DNA of 64,000 bases from a virus: the IMG/VR virus record IMGVR_UViG_3300042898_003434, positions 1 through 64,000 of that record; one strand, written 5' to 3'. Below, one piece after another: positions 26,142 to 36,415 of this stretch. A program made the translations under genes and the position numbers. Position 1 is the stretch's first letter. Every line of letters begins with the position of its first letter. The notes under the pieces are model-generated. The model worked only from the letters and a program-made list of their open reading frames with translations. It was not told where the DNA came from and ran no database searches.

Positions 26142-27076
26142 TAAAATGGAGGTTCGATATCTTGTTCATCGGACGAAAGTTGTGCAAGATTTGCGGGTAC
26201 AGCGACTGTGTCGGTTATAAATTTTTGAACCACTTGCTTAATCATAGTTCGTTCGCTGTCAATATCGCCATCCGATGGATATTCAGGATAAATAACCATA
26301 TCCGCTAACTCGGAAAGCGTAAATCCGTCCGAAGTAAGTTCTGCCATCTCAACAACACTGCGAGTTGACAATCCCTTGTTAACTTTCCCATCTTTAAAAT
26401 ATTGGCGAGTTATACTTGCAATCTCGGTAATTTTTTGCATAGTTTCTATATCTGCCGATGTATGTTGGTTTTTTATAATAGTCAATTCTTCTTCACTAGT
26501 CAGCATGTCCATTTCAATTTTCACCGTAAATCGATCAAGCAGCGCTCTGTCCATTACTCTAGTATTAGTGTATTCATTTCCGACATTAGCCGTAGCAAAA
26601 AAAGTAACACCGTCCGCGACTTTTACAATCGACCCATCCTTTTCGTCTAATCTAAGATATCTTTGGTTATAATCAAGAACTGTGAGTAAGATATTGGCAG
26701 CGTCTGGGTGTGCTCTGCTCAATTCATCTAAAAGTATTATGGAGTTTGGAGTAGTAATCGCGGTTACAAACGGAGACTGTTGGAAATATGTACCAGATTC
26801 TTTTGAGAAATGGGTGTTTCCGACTAAAGTTGCCCTTGGGTCTTGCGTACTGCCCAAACTTATATAAAAAAATGGATGTGTATCTTTGAGAACTTCTGCC
26901 AAACATTGAACCGACAACGTCTTTCCTTGACCAGCCGGTCCTATGATCAACGTGTTTTTTCCACGCATAGCACTTCGGATTAGATACTTCCACTTCAGCT
27001 CATTCATGATAAGCTTACTTGGTTTTAATTTATAACAATCGTTTATAAAGGCAGAGATGTCTTCTTTACTTTTCAT
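26141..27076 (-). CDS. MoxR/CobS-family AAA+ ATPase
   Basis: GPAGQGKT, LLDELSRA, ATAN.G, DRALLDRF, STR; promoter TTGACG-17-TAAAGT at 27085-27113. Confidence 0.92.
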   Translation of the reverse strand: MKSKEDISAFINDCYKLKPSKLIMNELKWKYLIRSAMRGKNTLIIGPAGQGKTLSVQCLAEVLKDTHPFFYISLGSTQDPRATLVGNTHFSKESGTYFQQSPFVTAITTPNSIILLDELSRAHPDAANILLTVLDYNQRYLRLDEKDGSIVKVADGVTFFATANVGNEYTNTRVMDRALLDRFTVKIEMDMLTSEEELTIIKNQHTSADIETMQKITEIASITRQYFKDGKVNKGLSTRSVVEMAELTSDGFTLSELADMVIYPEYPSDGDIDSERTMIKQVVQKFITDTVAVPANLAQLSSDEQDIEPPF

Positions 27077-27124
27077 TTATAGCCACTTTACCAAAAAAGA
27101 ATGTAGCCGTCAAGGTCAATGTAA

Positions 27125-27152
27125 TAAAAAACCCCGCTAAAAGCGGGGTTTT
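27125..27152. terminator. intrinsic terminator
   Basis: AAAACCCCGC/GCGGGGTTTT. Confidence 0.8.
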
Positions 27153-27172
27153 GTGATAGTTAAATATCGATC

Positions 27173-27637
27173 TCAATAATCCCCTGCCGCGTCGTTTAAT
27201 TTATCGGCACCTTCGTCATAAATATTTTCTAAGTCTTTAGGAAGAATAAATTCTTTTTTTATCTCTTCCCCCGCTTTAAATAACAACTGGGCTGTTTGGT
27301 TTCCGTTTTCGTCAAACACGTAAATGTCTTCCGGCGCAATAATTTTAATTCCCTCAACTTCAAACCCACTACCTGGGTCATGTGTTCCTCTTTCACTACC
27401 GTATTCATAATCAAACCTGTTGTCGGCGTATGCACCTTGGACTTCAACTTTAACTTCAACGTCATGCTGTGCTGGGACATCCTTCCCCATTTTCTTCGGA
27501 TCTATTGTAACATTCGTAATAAATTGCGCTTCTATATTTTCATTAAGAAGTTTCTTTTTTGTATTTAAGTGCTCAAGTACCAATTTCCTGTGCTTATTAA
27601 ACGTGGCGTCGAACGTTGATATTTTTTTTTGTTCCAT
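27173..27637 (-). CDS. hypothetical protein with TFxxTxxKHxKL leader
   Basis: 154-aa acidic ORF. Confidence 0.7.
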   Translation of the reverse strand: MEQKKISTFDATFNKHRKLVLEHLNTKKKLLNENIEAQFITNVTIDPKKMGKDVPAQHDVEVKVEVQGAYADNRFDYEYGSERGTHDPGSGFEVEGIKIIAPEDIYVFDENGNQTAQLLFKAGEEIKKEFILPKDLENIYDEGADKLNDAAGDY

Positions 27638-27638
27638 A

Positions 27639-28343
27639 TTATTTTTTTCCTTTCAACGCAGGTGTATCTTTCAGTTTGGTTGTTAGCTTGTCCGAACTTT
27701 CCATATCCTTATCAGTTTTTAAGTGTGCAGTTGTTGGCTCTGCTTTAGACTTTAACAAACGGTCAACAATCTTCTCGATCTTGTCAACGATTGAACCACC
27801 CAATTGAGCGGAACCATCTTTACCAATCGGAGCAGTTTGTTTATCAACTTTTTCGTCCGCTTTAACCGTCGAATCGTCCGCAATATCAATCTGCAATTCT
27901 TCATCAACATCATCCATTTTATCATCTTCTTTTTTATCATCGACCTTGACTGGCTTCTTTCCAAAACCCTTTAAACTCTTATCATATGCTTTTTGAACAT
28001 ATGTCTTTTCAGAATCACCCGCATGTTTCTTGACCAATTCCATAGCAGCTTCGAGAGAAACACCGCGTGCGATTTTTTTCTCGGATTCATTGGTAATAGA
28101 CACAACATCATAGCAGTCATCGGAATTTTTATTTAATTGAATTTCTTGATTTTTAGTTATTCCCACCGTTTTTCCCGTTCCGCGAGCATGCATAACTGTT
28201 GACTCTTTACCCATTGATTTATTTAATGCATCCTCACCAGTTGTATCTTTTTTATCTGAATGGATCGATGTACCAAACTGATTATTGGTAATCTCTTGTA
28301 TTATAAGTTTCTTGATGGCTTTTTTAAGAATGTCTCTGTTCAT
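27639..28343 (-). CDS. hypothetical charged protein with N-terminal leader motif
   Basis: 234 aa; LKKAIKKLIIQE; TATTTATA upstream (28364-28371). Confidence 0.7.
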   Translation of the reverse strand: MNRDILKKAIKKLIIQEITNNQFGTSIHSDKKDTTGEDALNKSMGKESTVMHARGTGKTVGITKNQEIQLNKNSDDCYDVVSITNESEKKIARGVSLEAAMELVKKHAGDSEKTYVQKAYDKSLKGFGKKPVKVDDKKEDDKMDDVDEELQIDIADDSTVKADEKVDKQTAPIGKDGSAQLGGSIVDKIEKIVDRLLKSKAEPTTAHLKTDKDMESSDKLTTKLKDTPALKGKK

Positions 28344-28439
28344 AGTGTATATATGGTTTATTATATAAATAGTTCAATACACAAAGAAACCGCCAATTTA
28401 TCGGCGGTTCTTGTTATTTTTTGAGCTTATTATAATATA

Positions 28440-30089
28440 TTATGCCTCGCAGCTCTTGCACTCCAAAATACTGCGGCCAAGTTCTTGAGCAGGGTTGGTA
28501 CCGCGTTGATAATAAAGACACTTTACGCCTTGTTCCCATGCGAATATAAGCAGTTCGTTGGCATCCTTGGCCGAGACTTTGGTGTGTATCTTTAAATTGA
28601 TAGATTGACCTTGGTCGATGAACTTTTGACGAGCAGCAGCCTGAATTATGATTTCCTTTTGAGAAATCTCGCCAAAGGTCTTGAATACATCCTTTTCGTC
28701 GTTGGTCAGAAATGTCAAATGCTGTGCACTTCCGCCCTTGATCATGATAGATTTCCAAACCTCGGCGGTATTTTTTTCGTATTTCTTCAATACTTCTATT
28801 AGGTATGGGTTCTTGTAAGTAAACTTACCTTTAGCCAAGTCCTTGGTGTAGTAGTTGGATTCAAGTGGTTCGACGGACGGGGATACTTGACCAAGAATAA
28901 ATGAACTACTTGTGGTCGGTGCAATAGCCATTGTAGTAACATTTCGCAACCCATAACCTTTTAGGAGTGGTGGCTCACCATATTCCTTGGCCATTTCTTT
29001 ACTAGCGGCAATACTCTTGTCGCGAATAAAACGATGAATTTGGGTGTTGAGCATTTTCGCTTCAAGAGATTCAAATGCGACCATTTTACTCTGTAAATAA
29101 GAGTGCCAACCAAGAGAACCAATACCAAGTGCACGTTGGTTTTTTGCGAAATTGTGAGCGGAGCGCATGAATTGAATGTTTTCAGTCGCCTTAATATAAT
29201 CTTCCATAACAGCATCTAGGAAGTATGTAAGTGTTTCAACGGCATCTGAATTCTTCCATTGCTCGTAATGAAGTAAGTTCATAGACGATAAATTACAAAC
29301 AAATGTTTCGTCCGGTGAAGAACTCAAACAGATTTCGGAACAAAGATTTGAAGCGTGAATTTTCATCTTCTTATCTTTATATACTTGGGGAGCGTTATTG
29401 TTTACATTGTCCGTAAAGAAAATATACGGGTACCCACTCTCAAACCGCTTCTTAATAACTCGTGCCCAAATTTTGCGACAATCCGTATCACCGGCAACCA
29501 TCTTTTTCATCCAATAGTCTGGCACACAAACTCCGATACTTAAATCTTGGATAGCATGGCCTTCTTCGCGAATATCAAGAAACTCGCTAATGTCAGGATG
29601 ATCTATTGGTAGATATGCAGCAAAACTGCCACGACGAACGTTTGATTGTGACACCACGCGAGTGACACCATCAAACAATTCCATAAAGTGCACAGGCCCA
29701 GAACTTGATCCACCTACACTGATGCTTGCGCCTCGGCCACGCAATTCTCCGAAATAACCAGATGTACCAGCGCCGTATTTTGTTAACATACCAACTTCGG
29801 CAGTCTTTTCAAGAATTGACGCCATGTTGTCGGATATATATGAACCGTTGCATGAAATGGATAAACCACGGCCACTGCCAAAGTTTGCCCAAATAGGCGA
29901 TGATAAACTATACCATCCCTTGTGCATATAATCTTCAAACTTGTCGGCAAATCCCTTTTTATTCAAAATCTTTTCAGCAGATTCTGCAATTTGACGAATA
30001 CGTTCAAGTGCAGTCTGGCCTTTTGCCAAATATCCTCTTTCAAGAAAGGTGATTGCTTCCTTGTTTAACCAATAAATTTCCTTTTGCAT
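28440..30089 (-). CDS. nrdA: ribonucleotide reductase class I alpha subunit (compact, no ATP cone)
   Basis: SSPIWAN, ISCN, RRGSFA, SNLCSEI, VCNLSS, AIAPT, LYY, C-terminal CKSC. Confidence 0.95.
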   Translation of the reverse strand: MQKEIYWLNKEAITFLERGYLAKGQTALERIRQIAESAEKILNKKGFADKFEDYMHKGWYSLSSPIWANFGSGRGLSISCNGSYISDNMASILEKTAEVGMLTKYGAGTSGYFGELRGRGASISVGGSSSGPVHFMELFDGVTRVVSQSNVRRGSFAAYLPIDHPDISEFLDIREEGHAIQDLSIGVCVPDYWMKKMVAGDTDCRKIWARVIKKRFESGYPYIFFTDNVNNNAPQVYKDKKMKIHASNLCSEICLSSSPDETFVCNLSSMNLLHYEQWKNSDAVETLTYFLDAVMEDYIKATENIQFMRSAHNFAKNQRALGIGSLGWHSYLQSKMVAFESLEAKMLNTQIHRFIRDKSIAASKEMAKEYGEPPLLKGYGLRNVTTMAIAPTTSSSFILGQVSPSVEPLESNYYTKDLAKGKFTYKNPYLIEVLKKYEKNTAEVWKSIMIKGGSAQHLTFLTNDEKDVFKTFGEISQKEIIIQAAARQKFIDQGQSINLKIHTKVSAKDANELLIFAWEQGVKCLYYQRGTNPAQELGRSILECKSCEA

Positions 30090-30094
30090 ATATA

Positions 30095-31069
30095 TTAAAA
30101 AATGTCGTCTGATGTGATTGATTGTGTTTTCTTGGCATACTCGACTGGGCGCTTATGAAAGAAATCAGTCATCGTGCTGCCCATTACATCCTCATCCATC
30201 CACATAGTCAATTCGATAATATCATTATCTACTTCAAATATTTTTTTGAATCCAATCATCTCCAAGGAGGAATTCAAACGATTCTTTACATATTCCTTTA
30301 AGATTTCAGCACTGATCTTTTCGTCGCTGTAATCGCCAATCATCCAATCAATGATCTTACACTCAGCTTTATATGACTCAGCGGCTTCGTGTAAGATACG
30401 AGCTTCGAGTTCGTCGTCAAACAACTCTGGTAATTCTTCTCGGATTGTATTTACGATCTTTACACCGGCAAGAGCATGTAGAGTTTCTTCTTTGGCAGTA
30501 TATGCAACTTGTTGTGCAGTATCCTTGAGCAATCCCTTGTAGCGATTGAACCAATTGATAATGTAAAATTGACTGAATAGCGACACATTCTCCACATACA
30601 GCGTGAAGAGAATAAGCGAGTATATATACTGCTTGCGACTATCTTTATAGTGCTTGTCAAGATATTTGCGAAGATACTTAACGCGGCCTTGGATAATGTC
30701 AAGTTTAAGATTTTCTTCAAATACATCCTGTAGTTGGAGTACGTCTAGAAGCTTTTCGTAAGCATTATTGTGAATAACTTCGATATTACCCATGGTAATA
30801 CCCAAATCGGACAATGCCGGATGTGGCAAATTGTCACCTAACTTGGTCCAGAATTTTTTGACGGAGATTTCTATCTGTCCAATGGCACTTAAAGCATTCT
30901 TAATGATTACTTGTTCTTCCGGTGTCATTTCAGTTTTGTACTGCTGTAAATCACTTGTAAATGTGAATTCGTTTGGTGTCCAATGACCCGACCACATAGC
31001 ATCAATATATTCTTGTGCCCAAGGGTAGCGGGTTGGTTTTCTTGCAATCTGCTCGTCAAATATGGTCAT
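30095..31069 (-). CDS. nrdB: ribonucleotide reductase class I beta subunit
   Basis: QIE, EVIHNNAY, ENVSLF, EETLH ligands; DFF..RPVEY tail; start reassigned to MTIFDE. Confidence 0.95.
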   Translation of the reverse strand: MTIFDEQIARKPTRYPWAQEYIDAMWSGHWTPNEFTFTSDLQQYKTEMTPEEQVIIKNALSAIGQIEISVKKFWTKLGDNLPHPALSDLGITMGNIEVIHNNAYEKLLDVLQLQDVFEENLKLDIIQGRVKYLRKYLDKHYKDSRKQYIYSLILFTLYVENVSLFSQFYIINWFNRYKGLLKDTAQQVAYTAKEETLHALAGVKIVNTIREELPELFDDELEARILHEAAESYKAECKIIDWMIGDYSDEKISAEILKEYVKNRLNSSLEMIGFKKIFEVDNDIIELTMWMDEDVMGSTMTDFFHKRPVEYAKKTQSITSDDIF

Positions 31070-31140
31070 AATATTTCTTATAGTTTGTTGGTGTGGCAAT
31101 AAATATGTTTTAGAAAAAGTAAATTTCTAAAAAATAAAAA

Positions 31141-32538
31141 TTATAAACTCGAATTATTTCCCTTTTCGTTATGACGATGAGAATTCCATTTATTCTTCAA
31201 TAAATTTTTTACCGAATTACTATCTTCCTGCATATTCGACTGAATTGCCATAGATTCTCTTGATTTTGCATCAAATATCTGAATATTTCCTGTGCTGGTG
31301 TCCATATTTGAATATAAAGTTATACCGTCTGGACCAAATCGATTTTTAATTACGTGGAACCTCGCGGTATTATTGGCTTTATCGTCTATATTACGCGAAA
31401 GGCTTAGTACAAAGTCGGCAGTCATGATCTTCCTGTAACTATCAGACACATTCTGTGCTTGTACGATGTCTTCACCTAAAGCAGTACGATTGGCTTGACT
31501 TGCTGTCCAAATTGGAAGTTGCAATTCACCGGCAATCTGTCTAAGTTCTTCATATATACTACCACCTTCTGAATAGCTGTTGCTATTCTTTTCTTTTTCA
31601 AGTGGACGGAGAATATCTGCATAATCCACAATAATTTCATCAATCTTGAAATTGTTTAGCGTCTGAATGCGTTCGACATGAAATTTCAAAGATTGAGCGC
31701 ACACCGTTTTCAGCGGGAAATACTTAACAAAAAGACGGCCCTTGATACTCTTCAATTTTGCCTCGACGGTGGCTTGATGGTGTTTGATATCTTGAAAATT
31801 GATTCCAGTAAAACAACAATCGTATCTCAATCCGACATAATTTTCATTTAATTCCAACGTAAAATGTGCGACGTTTTTACCCGCCGCCATAGCCTTGGCA
31901 CCGAGGGAGCATAACAACCATGATTTACCAACACCAGCGGGTGCCACCACAACACCCAGCTCCCCCGGCCCAAGGCCACCGTCCATGAGGGAGTCGACGA
32001 CATCCCATCCGGTCGGTACAACTTTACGACACATTTCACTCATGCGTGTTGCCACGTCAACGTTGTAATCGTGTCCTAAATTTCTTTCCATGCCAGCCTT
32101 CATTGCCTTATCGACTAGCGACTTGATCTTATCATAATCACCGGACTTCAAATGGTCGACGGACTCGACGATGGCTCCCTTGAGTTTTTGATTTTTGCAA
32201 AACTCCAAAAATTGTTCTTTGACAAATTGTAGATCGCTATCCTTGATCTTGAAATGAACTGCTTTCAGGTGTTCTACTACAGATGCTTTAAATTGATCTG
32301 ATTTAATAGTATCCATTCTCACGGAGAATACTTGACTACTTGGCATTCCTCGGTATTGGTTATAATACTGGATTACTTCATTTACGATCCATCGATGTGC
32401 TTCATTTTCGAAAGAATCTATTTCAACGATATCAAGGATTCGCTCCAAAAAAGATTTGTCGGTTAAAATTCCCGCGATAATCTTGATTTGAAATTCAATT
32501 CCGTATTTTTGTAGGTTGTCTATGATTACTGGTGCCAT
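31141..32538 (-). CDS. replicative DnaB-like helicase (gp41-like)
   Basis: APAGVGKS, FTLEL, IVDYAD, WTASQANR, KNRFG; promoter TTGACG-17-TATATT at 32547-32575. Confidence 0.93.
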   Translation of the reverse strand: MAPVIIDNLQKYGIEFQIKIIAGILTDKSFLERILDIVEIDSFENEAHRWIVNEVIQYYNQYRGMPSSQVFSVRMDTIKSDQFKASVVEHLKAVHFKIKDSDLQFVKEQFLEFCKNQKLKGAIVESVDHLKSGDYDKIKSLVDKAMKAGMERNLGHDYNVDVATRMSEMCRKVVPTGWDVVDSLMDGGLGPGELGVVVAPAGVGKSWLLCSLGAKAMAAGKNVAHFTLELNENYVGLRYDCCFTGINFQDIKHHQATVEAKLKSIKGRLFVKYFPLKTVCAQSLKFHVERIQTLNNFKIDEIIVDYADILRPLEKEKNSNSYSEGGSIYEELRQIAGELQLPIWTASQANRTALGEDIVQAQNVSDSYRKIMTADFVLSLSRNIDDKANNTARFHVIKNRFGPDGITLYSNMDTSTGNIQIFDAKSRESMAIQSNMQEDSNSVKNLLKNKWNSHRHNEKGNNSSL

Positions 32539-32583
32539 GATTTTGGAATATATGGTAATAGGTGGTGCCCGTCAATGAAAAAA

Positions 32584-33633
32584 TTAAGATCTGGCCGAAA
32601 TCGACAATGGCCAGAATACTTCTTGGAGCCAAACATGATAGTTTGATATGGACGCTTGCATGCGGCTTCGAGTCATTTTTTGAATGAATTGAATCTTGTT
32701 GTATTCAAAAATTCTTTCTGCTGAACTCTCGACGTTCATTTGCAACGATGGTGAGAAGTCTGGATCTTTAAGTTGCATCAATTTATAATTTCTACGAATG
32801 ATTTCATGACTATCAAGTACTTTTGCGAATATCTTCTTCTCGTTGTATTGATCCTTGCTACGAGCGAGTATTTCTTCTACCGAACTTTCTTTTTCTTCGG
32901 TAAGCATAGGAAAAGATTTAATAGCAGTCTTAAGACCGATTCCATTAACACCGTCAATGTTGTCAGAATTGTCACCTTCTAAAATTCGATAATATATAAA
33001 ATTGGTTGGATGTACACCATACTCATTAATAATATCTTGTACTCCATAGATTTTTTTCTTGATTGGACTCCAAACACTAACTCTCTCGTTTACCAATTGT
33101 AAAAAATCCTTATCGCTGCTCATGATGGTAATCTTGGCATCTTTGTGCATCTGTGTGGATATATACGCAATAGCATCATCTGCTTCAATATAGTCCACGC
33201 AAACCAAGCTAATTGGCAATTCTCGCAAGAAATCAATCAACAATGACATCTGTTGCAACATAGCCTTTTTTTCTGTGTCTGGTGTTCCCATATCCTCATA
33301 CGCACGGTTTACGCGCACCGACATTGCTCGCTTGTCTTTATATTCTGGGTATATCTTCTTTCTCTTCAAGCTACCACCTTTACCGTCAAACACAATAATG
33401 ACTCTGGTTGGTTTCAACATCTTTATAGCATAACCCATACTAGTAAGAAATCCACTTATCCCACCCACGTGCTCACCGTTATCGTTTAACGTTGGAACGA
33501 CCGTCCAGCATCTGATGAATGAATTTGTACCATCGACCACCAAGATATTACTGTTTTTGGTACGAGTAGAATTTGCAGGAGCATTAGTATGCTCTTGTTT
33601 TATTTGCTCAAATATAGATTTAAATTTATTCAT
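32584..33633 (-). CDS. 5'-3' exonuclease / T4 RNase H-like flap nuclease
   Basis: VVDGTN, VFDG, YPEYK, EADD, SSDKDFLQL, GDNSDNIDGV. Confidence 0.93.
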   Translation of the reverse strand: MNKFKSIFEQIKQEHTNAPANSTRTKNSNILVVDGTNSFIRCWTVVPTLNDNGEHVGGISGFLTSMGYAIKMLKPTRVIIVFDGKGGSLKRKKIYPEYKDKRAMSVRVNRAYEDMGTPDTEKKAMLQQMSLLIDFLRELPISLVCVDYIEADDAIAYISTQMHKDAKITIMSSDKDFLQLVNERVSVWSPIKKKIYGVQDIINEYGVHPTNFIYYRILEGDNSDNIDGVNGIGLKTAIKSFPMLTEEKESSVEEILARSKDQYNEKKIFAKVLDSHEIIRRNYKLMQLKDPDFSPSLQMNVESSAERIFEYNKIQFIQKMTRSRMQASISNYHVWLQEVFWPLSISARS

Positions 33634-33678
33634 TTAATGAGAATCGCGTGGAGGTATTTCACTCCACACGACTGTTTA

Positions 33679-34899
33679 TTATTCGTCTACCCCGTCGGCA
33701 CCCGTATCATATTCTATGTCTTCCGACATTTCAGAATTTGGAGCCTTATACTTCATAACGAAGTTTTCGCATATCTTCGCATACAAGTAATCCTTGCAAT
33801 CCGAACGTTGAGCTAGAAGTTTTGGCAAATCTTTCTTTTCAAAAATGACTGTTTCGGGTTCTTTACCTTCAACGACCATGATGAATTGAAGACTCTTTGC
33901 CTTCTTATCTTCTTCCTTCTCGTCTTCGAGTTGCTTTTTTGTCTTTTTCTCGGCAGACTTAACCTTCTTGGCATTAGTAACAATGTCCCATTCGATTAGA
34001 CGTTCCAACCAATTGCCGTAATTGTCAATACCACGGTCGAAGAAAACGTCAAATTCGACGCTTCTCATCGGCGGTCCCATGCGATTTTTGATAACAGTGC
34101 ATTTAGTTTTAATACCAATAGCTTGTTTATCTGAGTTTTTTATTTGACCAATCGACTTCAAGCGGAGTCTTAGTGATGAATGGAAAGCAATGGCCTTACC
34201 TCCGCTAGTTGTATATGGATCTCCCAAGCCAATAAATCCAACCTTCTGACGAAGTTGATTTGTAAACACTAAACAGATTCGTTGTTTAGAAATCAGTCCG
34301 GTGATTTTTCGCATCGCTTTACTGATAGCAATAGCTTTACCAGTTGCATATCCGTCCGCGCCGTGATCACTTGCCATTTCCTTCTTGGTAGAAGCTGCGG
34401 CAACAGAATCAACAAGAATTGTGACCAAACGATTTTTGTTGGATTTACGTACAAGTGCAATGATTTCTTCGATCTTATCAAAAATATCTTCGACTGTGTC
34501 AAGCGCAAGATACATCATTTTATCTGTGTCAACGCCAATCGCGATCAAGAAAGGGCGATCTACGGATGATTCGGTATCAATGAAAATAGCCAAGCCGCCT
34601 TTGCGTTGAGTTTCTGCGAGCAAGTGCGCTCCCATTAAACTTTTACCAGAGGCTTCAAGACCTGTCAGTTCAGTGATACGACCAACTGGCAATCCTGCGT
34701 TTGCGCGATTGGCAATGGCTAAGTCAACTAAACTATTTCCGGTAGAGACCCAATCAACAATTTGCGAAGGATCATCCTCCGCGTCTAAAAAAAATGCAAC
34801 TTTTCCATCACTATTTTTATTGAGTGATGCGGCCAAGGCATCTGCTAATTCATCGCGCACCGGAGTAGATTCGTCGGTGTTATTTTTCTTATCTTTCAT
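33679..34899 (-). CDS. uvsX: RecA/UvsX recombinase
   Basis: GLPVGRITELTGLEASGKS, IDTE, VDSVAA, FTNQLR, TTSGGKA, KNRMGPP; start reassigned to MKDKK. Confidence 0.92.
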   Translation of the reverse strand: MKDKKNNTDESTPVRDELADALAASLNKNSDGKVAFFLDAEDDPSQIVDWVSTGNSLVDLAIANRANAGLPVGRITELTGLEASGKSLMGAHLLAETQRKGGLAIFIDTESSVDRPFLIAIGVDTDKMMYLALDTVEDIFDKIEEIIALVRKSNKNRLVTILVDSVAAASTKKEMASDHGADGYATGKAIAISKAMRKITGLISKQRICLVFTNQLRQKVGFIGLGDPYTTSGGKAIAFHSSLRLRLKSIGQIKNSDKQAIGIKTKCTVIKNRMGPPMRSVEFDVFFDRGIDNYGNWLERLIEWDIVTNAKKVKSAEKKTKKQLEDEKEEDKKAKSLQFIMVVEGKEPETVIFEKKDLPKLLAQRSDCKDYLYAKICENFVMKYKAPNSEMSEDIEYDTGADGVDE

Positions 34900-34925
34900 A
34901 ATTTTAAATTTATAGAGGTTTATAT

Positions 34926-34968
34926 AAAAACGCCTATACACCAATTTGATATGGTGAATAGGCGTTTA
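34926..34968 (-). terminator. intrinsic terminator after SSB gene
   Basis: AAACGCCTAT/ATAGGCGTTT with inner CACCA/TGGTG. Confidence 0.7.
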
Positions 34969-34997
34969 TACTTTTTAATTAACCAAAACGACTATTC

Positions 34998-35801
34998 TTA
35001 GGAACCGAAAAGGTCTTTGAATTCGTCGGCGATATCTTTGTTGGAAGGAGCCTTGACAGCGACCTTGGTAGTCGCACTCTTGACCGGTTCGGAAACTTGT
35101 TCCGTTTCTTCAACAGTAGGAACGGGTGTTTCGCCATCTGGATCCGCTGCATTTAACCATGCGTCCATGGCGGTTGCCAATTCGTCATAAGTAAGTTCAG
35201 GAAACAATTCAGTGACGTTCTTTTGATTCTTCACCTTGTCGACAAGGTTCTTGTCGTTGATGTCGAATGCGGGGGATTGGTTTGGCTTGACGCGAATGGC
35301 TGTTTCTGGGAAGGACTTTCCGGTCTCTTCTGCGGATTTAAATTCCACTACAATATCACGACCGGCTTTTAGATCTGTAATATCGCCATAATCAGCATCA
35401 GCGCAAATGCTCAAGATTTCTTGATAGACTTGCTTACCCATGCCCCAGAACTTAACACCTTCGTGTTCTAGTCCACGAACAAGAACGGGAACATAAGTCC
35501 GCATCTTTGGTTCTAATGCACGACCACGCTTCCATTCTTCCTTATCCTTAGATTGCTTGAGTCTGTTTGCAAACTCAACAATAGGGTCGGGACGATTAAA
35601 TGAGGATGGACTCAAATAAGTCTTTCCGTTCATGTTATAGTGAAAATACAATTCGATGAATGGATTTTCGGTATTGTGAGAGTACGGGACAATGCGAACA
35701 ACTTGCTTGCCAGCGCTCGGTTTCCACAGACTTGTGGACTTTGTTGTAGTGGTCTTGAGTGCTTCAAGACGCGACTTTACTTTTGATAGATCTAATGCCA
35801 T
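34998..35801 (-). CDS. single-stranded DNA-binding protein (gp32-like)
   Basis: WKP...VRIVP...PF..LYFHY, DPI.E, DYGDITD...GRDI, acidic C-tail EFKDLF. Confidence 0.85.
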   Translation of the reverse strand: MALDLSKVKSRLEALKTTTTKSTSLWKPSAGKQVVRIVPYSHNTENPFIELYFHYNMNGKTYLSPSSFNRPDPIVEFANRLKQSKDKEEWKRGRALEPKMRTYVPVLVRGLEHEGVKFWGMGKQVYQEILSICADADYGDITDLKAGRDIVVEFKSAEETGKSFPETAIRVKPNQSPAFDINDKNLVDKVKNQKNVTELFPELTYDELATAMDAWLNAADPDGETPVPTVEETEQVSEPVKSATTKVAVKAPSNKDIADEFKDLFGS

Positions 35802-35900
35802 AATATTCCTTAACTTTTAACTTTTTAATGTTTAACTTGCCGACTGGTTGAAAAACCAGTCAGTCAATTGATGTGTAGAATGCATCAACGATTGACTATT
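35802..35900 (-). promoter_or_regulatory. putative SSB autoregulatory translational operator
   Basis: Two hairpins followed by unstructured TTAA(A)n repeats just before AAGGA and the ATG. Confidence 0.5.
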
Positions 35901-36018
35901 GTCAACTTATAATAAGAACTTTTAAATTTTTACTAGCAACTGATAACTGAGCAATCGTTAATTTATTCAATATATAAATATCGAATAACATTAACAATAC
36001 TGCACGTTTTGTATTATT

Positions 36019-36414
36019 TTACAAGAAAAAAATACGCAATAATTTTGTAGGCATAATTTTTATTTTGCCGTCGTTTACAACAATTATTGAATCTTTAAAT
36101 TTGGTCCAATCAACCTGATATGTATGAGAAAATAATCCGCCGTTCTCTTGCTTGATCAATTCATTGAGAGCGTTGATCGAATATAATATATTAAAATCTT
36201 TTTTACGATGAACAGATATTGTTTTCGGAAAATATTTGCCGTTATTTTTCTCTACGTTATACGTAAGAAAAATTTCAGTCGGGTTTTCCGAGTTTTTTAA
36301 AATATACACTTTGCCGCCGTCGATCTTGTAAAATTCTTTCATTAATTCAATATCGGATTGATATGAAGCAACGTCGGAGAAAGTGCAAAGCAACTGCGTA
36401 TTTGAGTTGTGCAT
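36019..36414 (-). CDS. conserved hypothetical phage protein
   Basis: QLLCTF...TYNV...TISVHRKK..N.LYSINALN; start probably MHNS. Confidence 0.7.
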   Translation of the reverse strand: MHNSNTQLLCTFSDVASYQSDIELMKEFYKIDGGKVYILKNSENPTEIFLTYNVEKNNGKYFPKTISVHRKKDFNILYSINALNELIKQENGGLFSHTYQVDWTKFKDSIIVVNDGKIKIMPTKLLRIFFL

Positions 36415-36415
36415 G

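Noticed and set aside
16597-34899. Inteins or introns in PolB, RNR, helicase, UvsX
   Set aside because: Lengths are normal or compact, motifs are contiguous, and no intein splice-junction signatures are seen.
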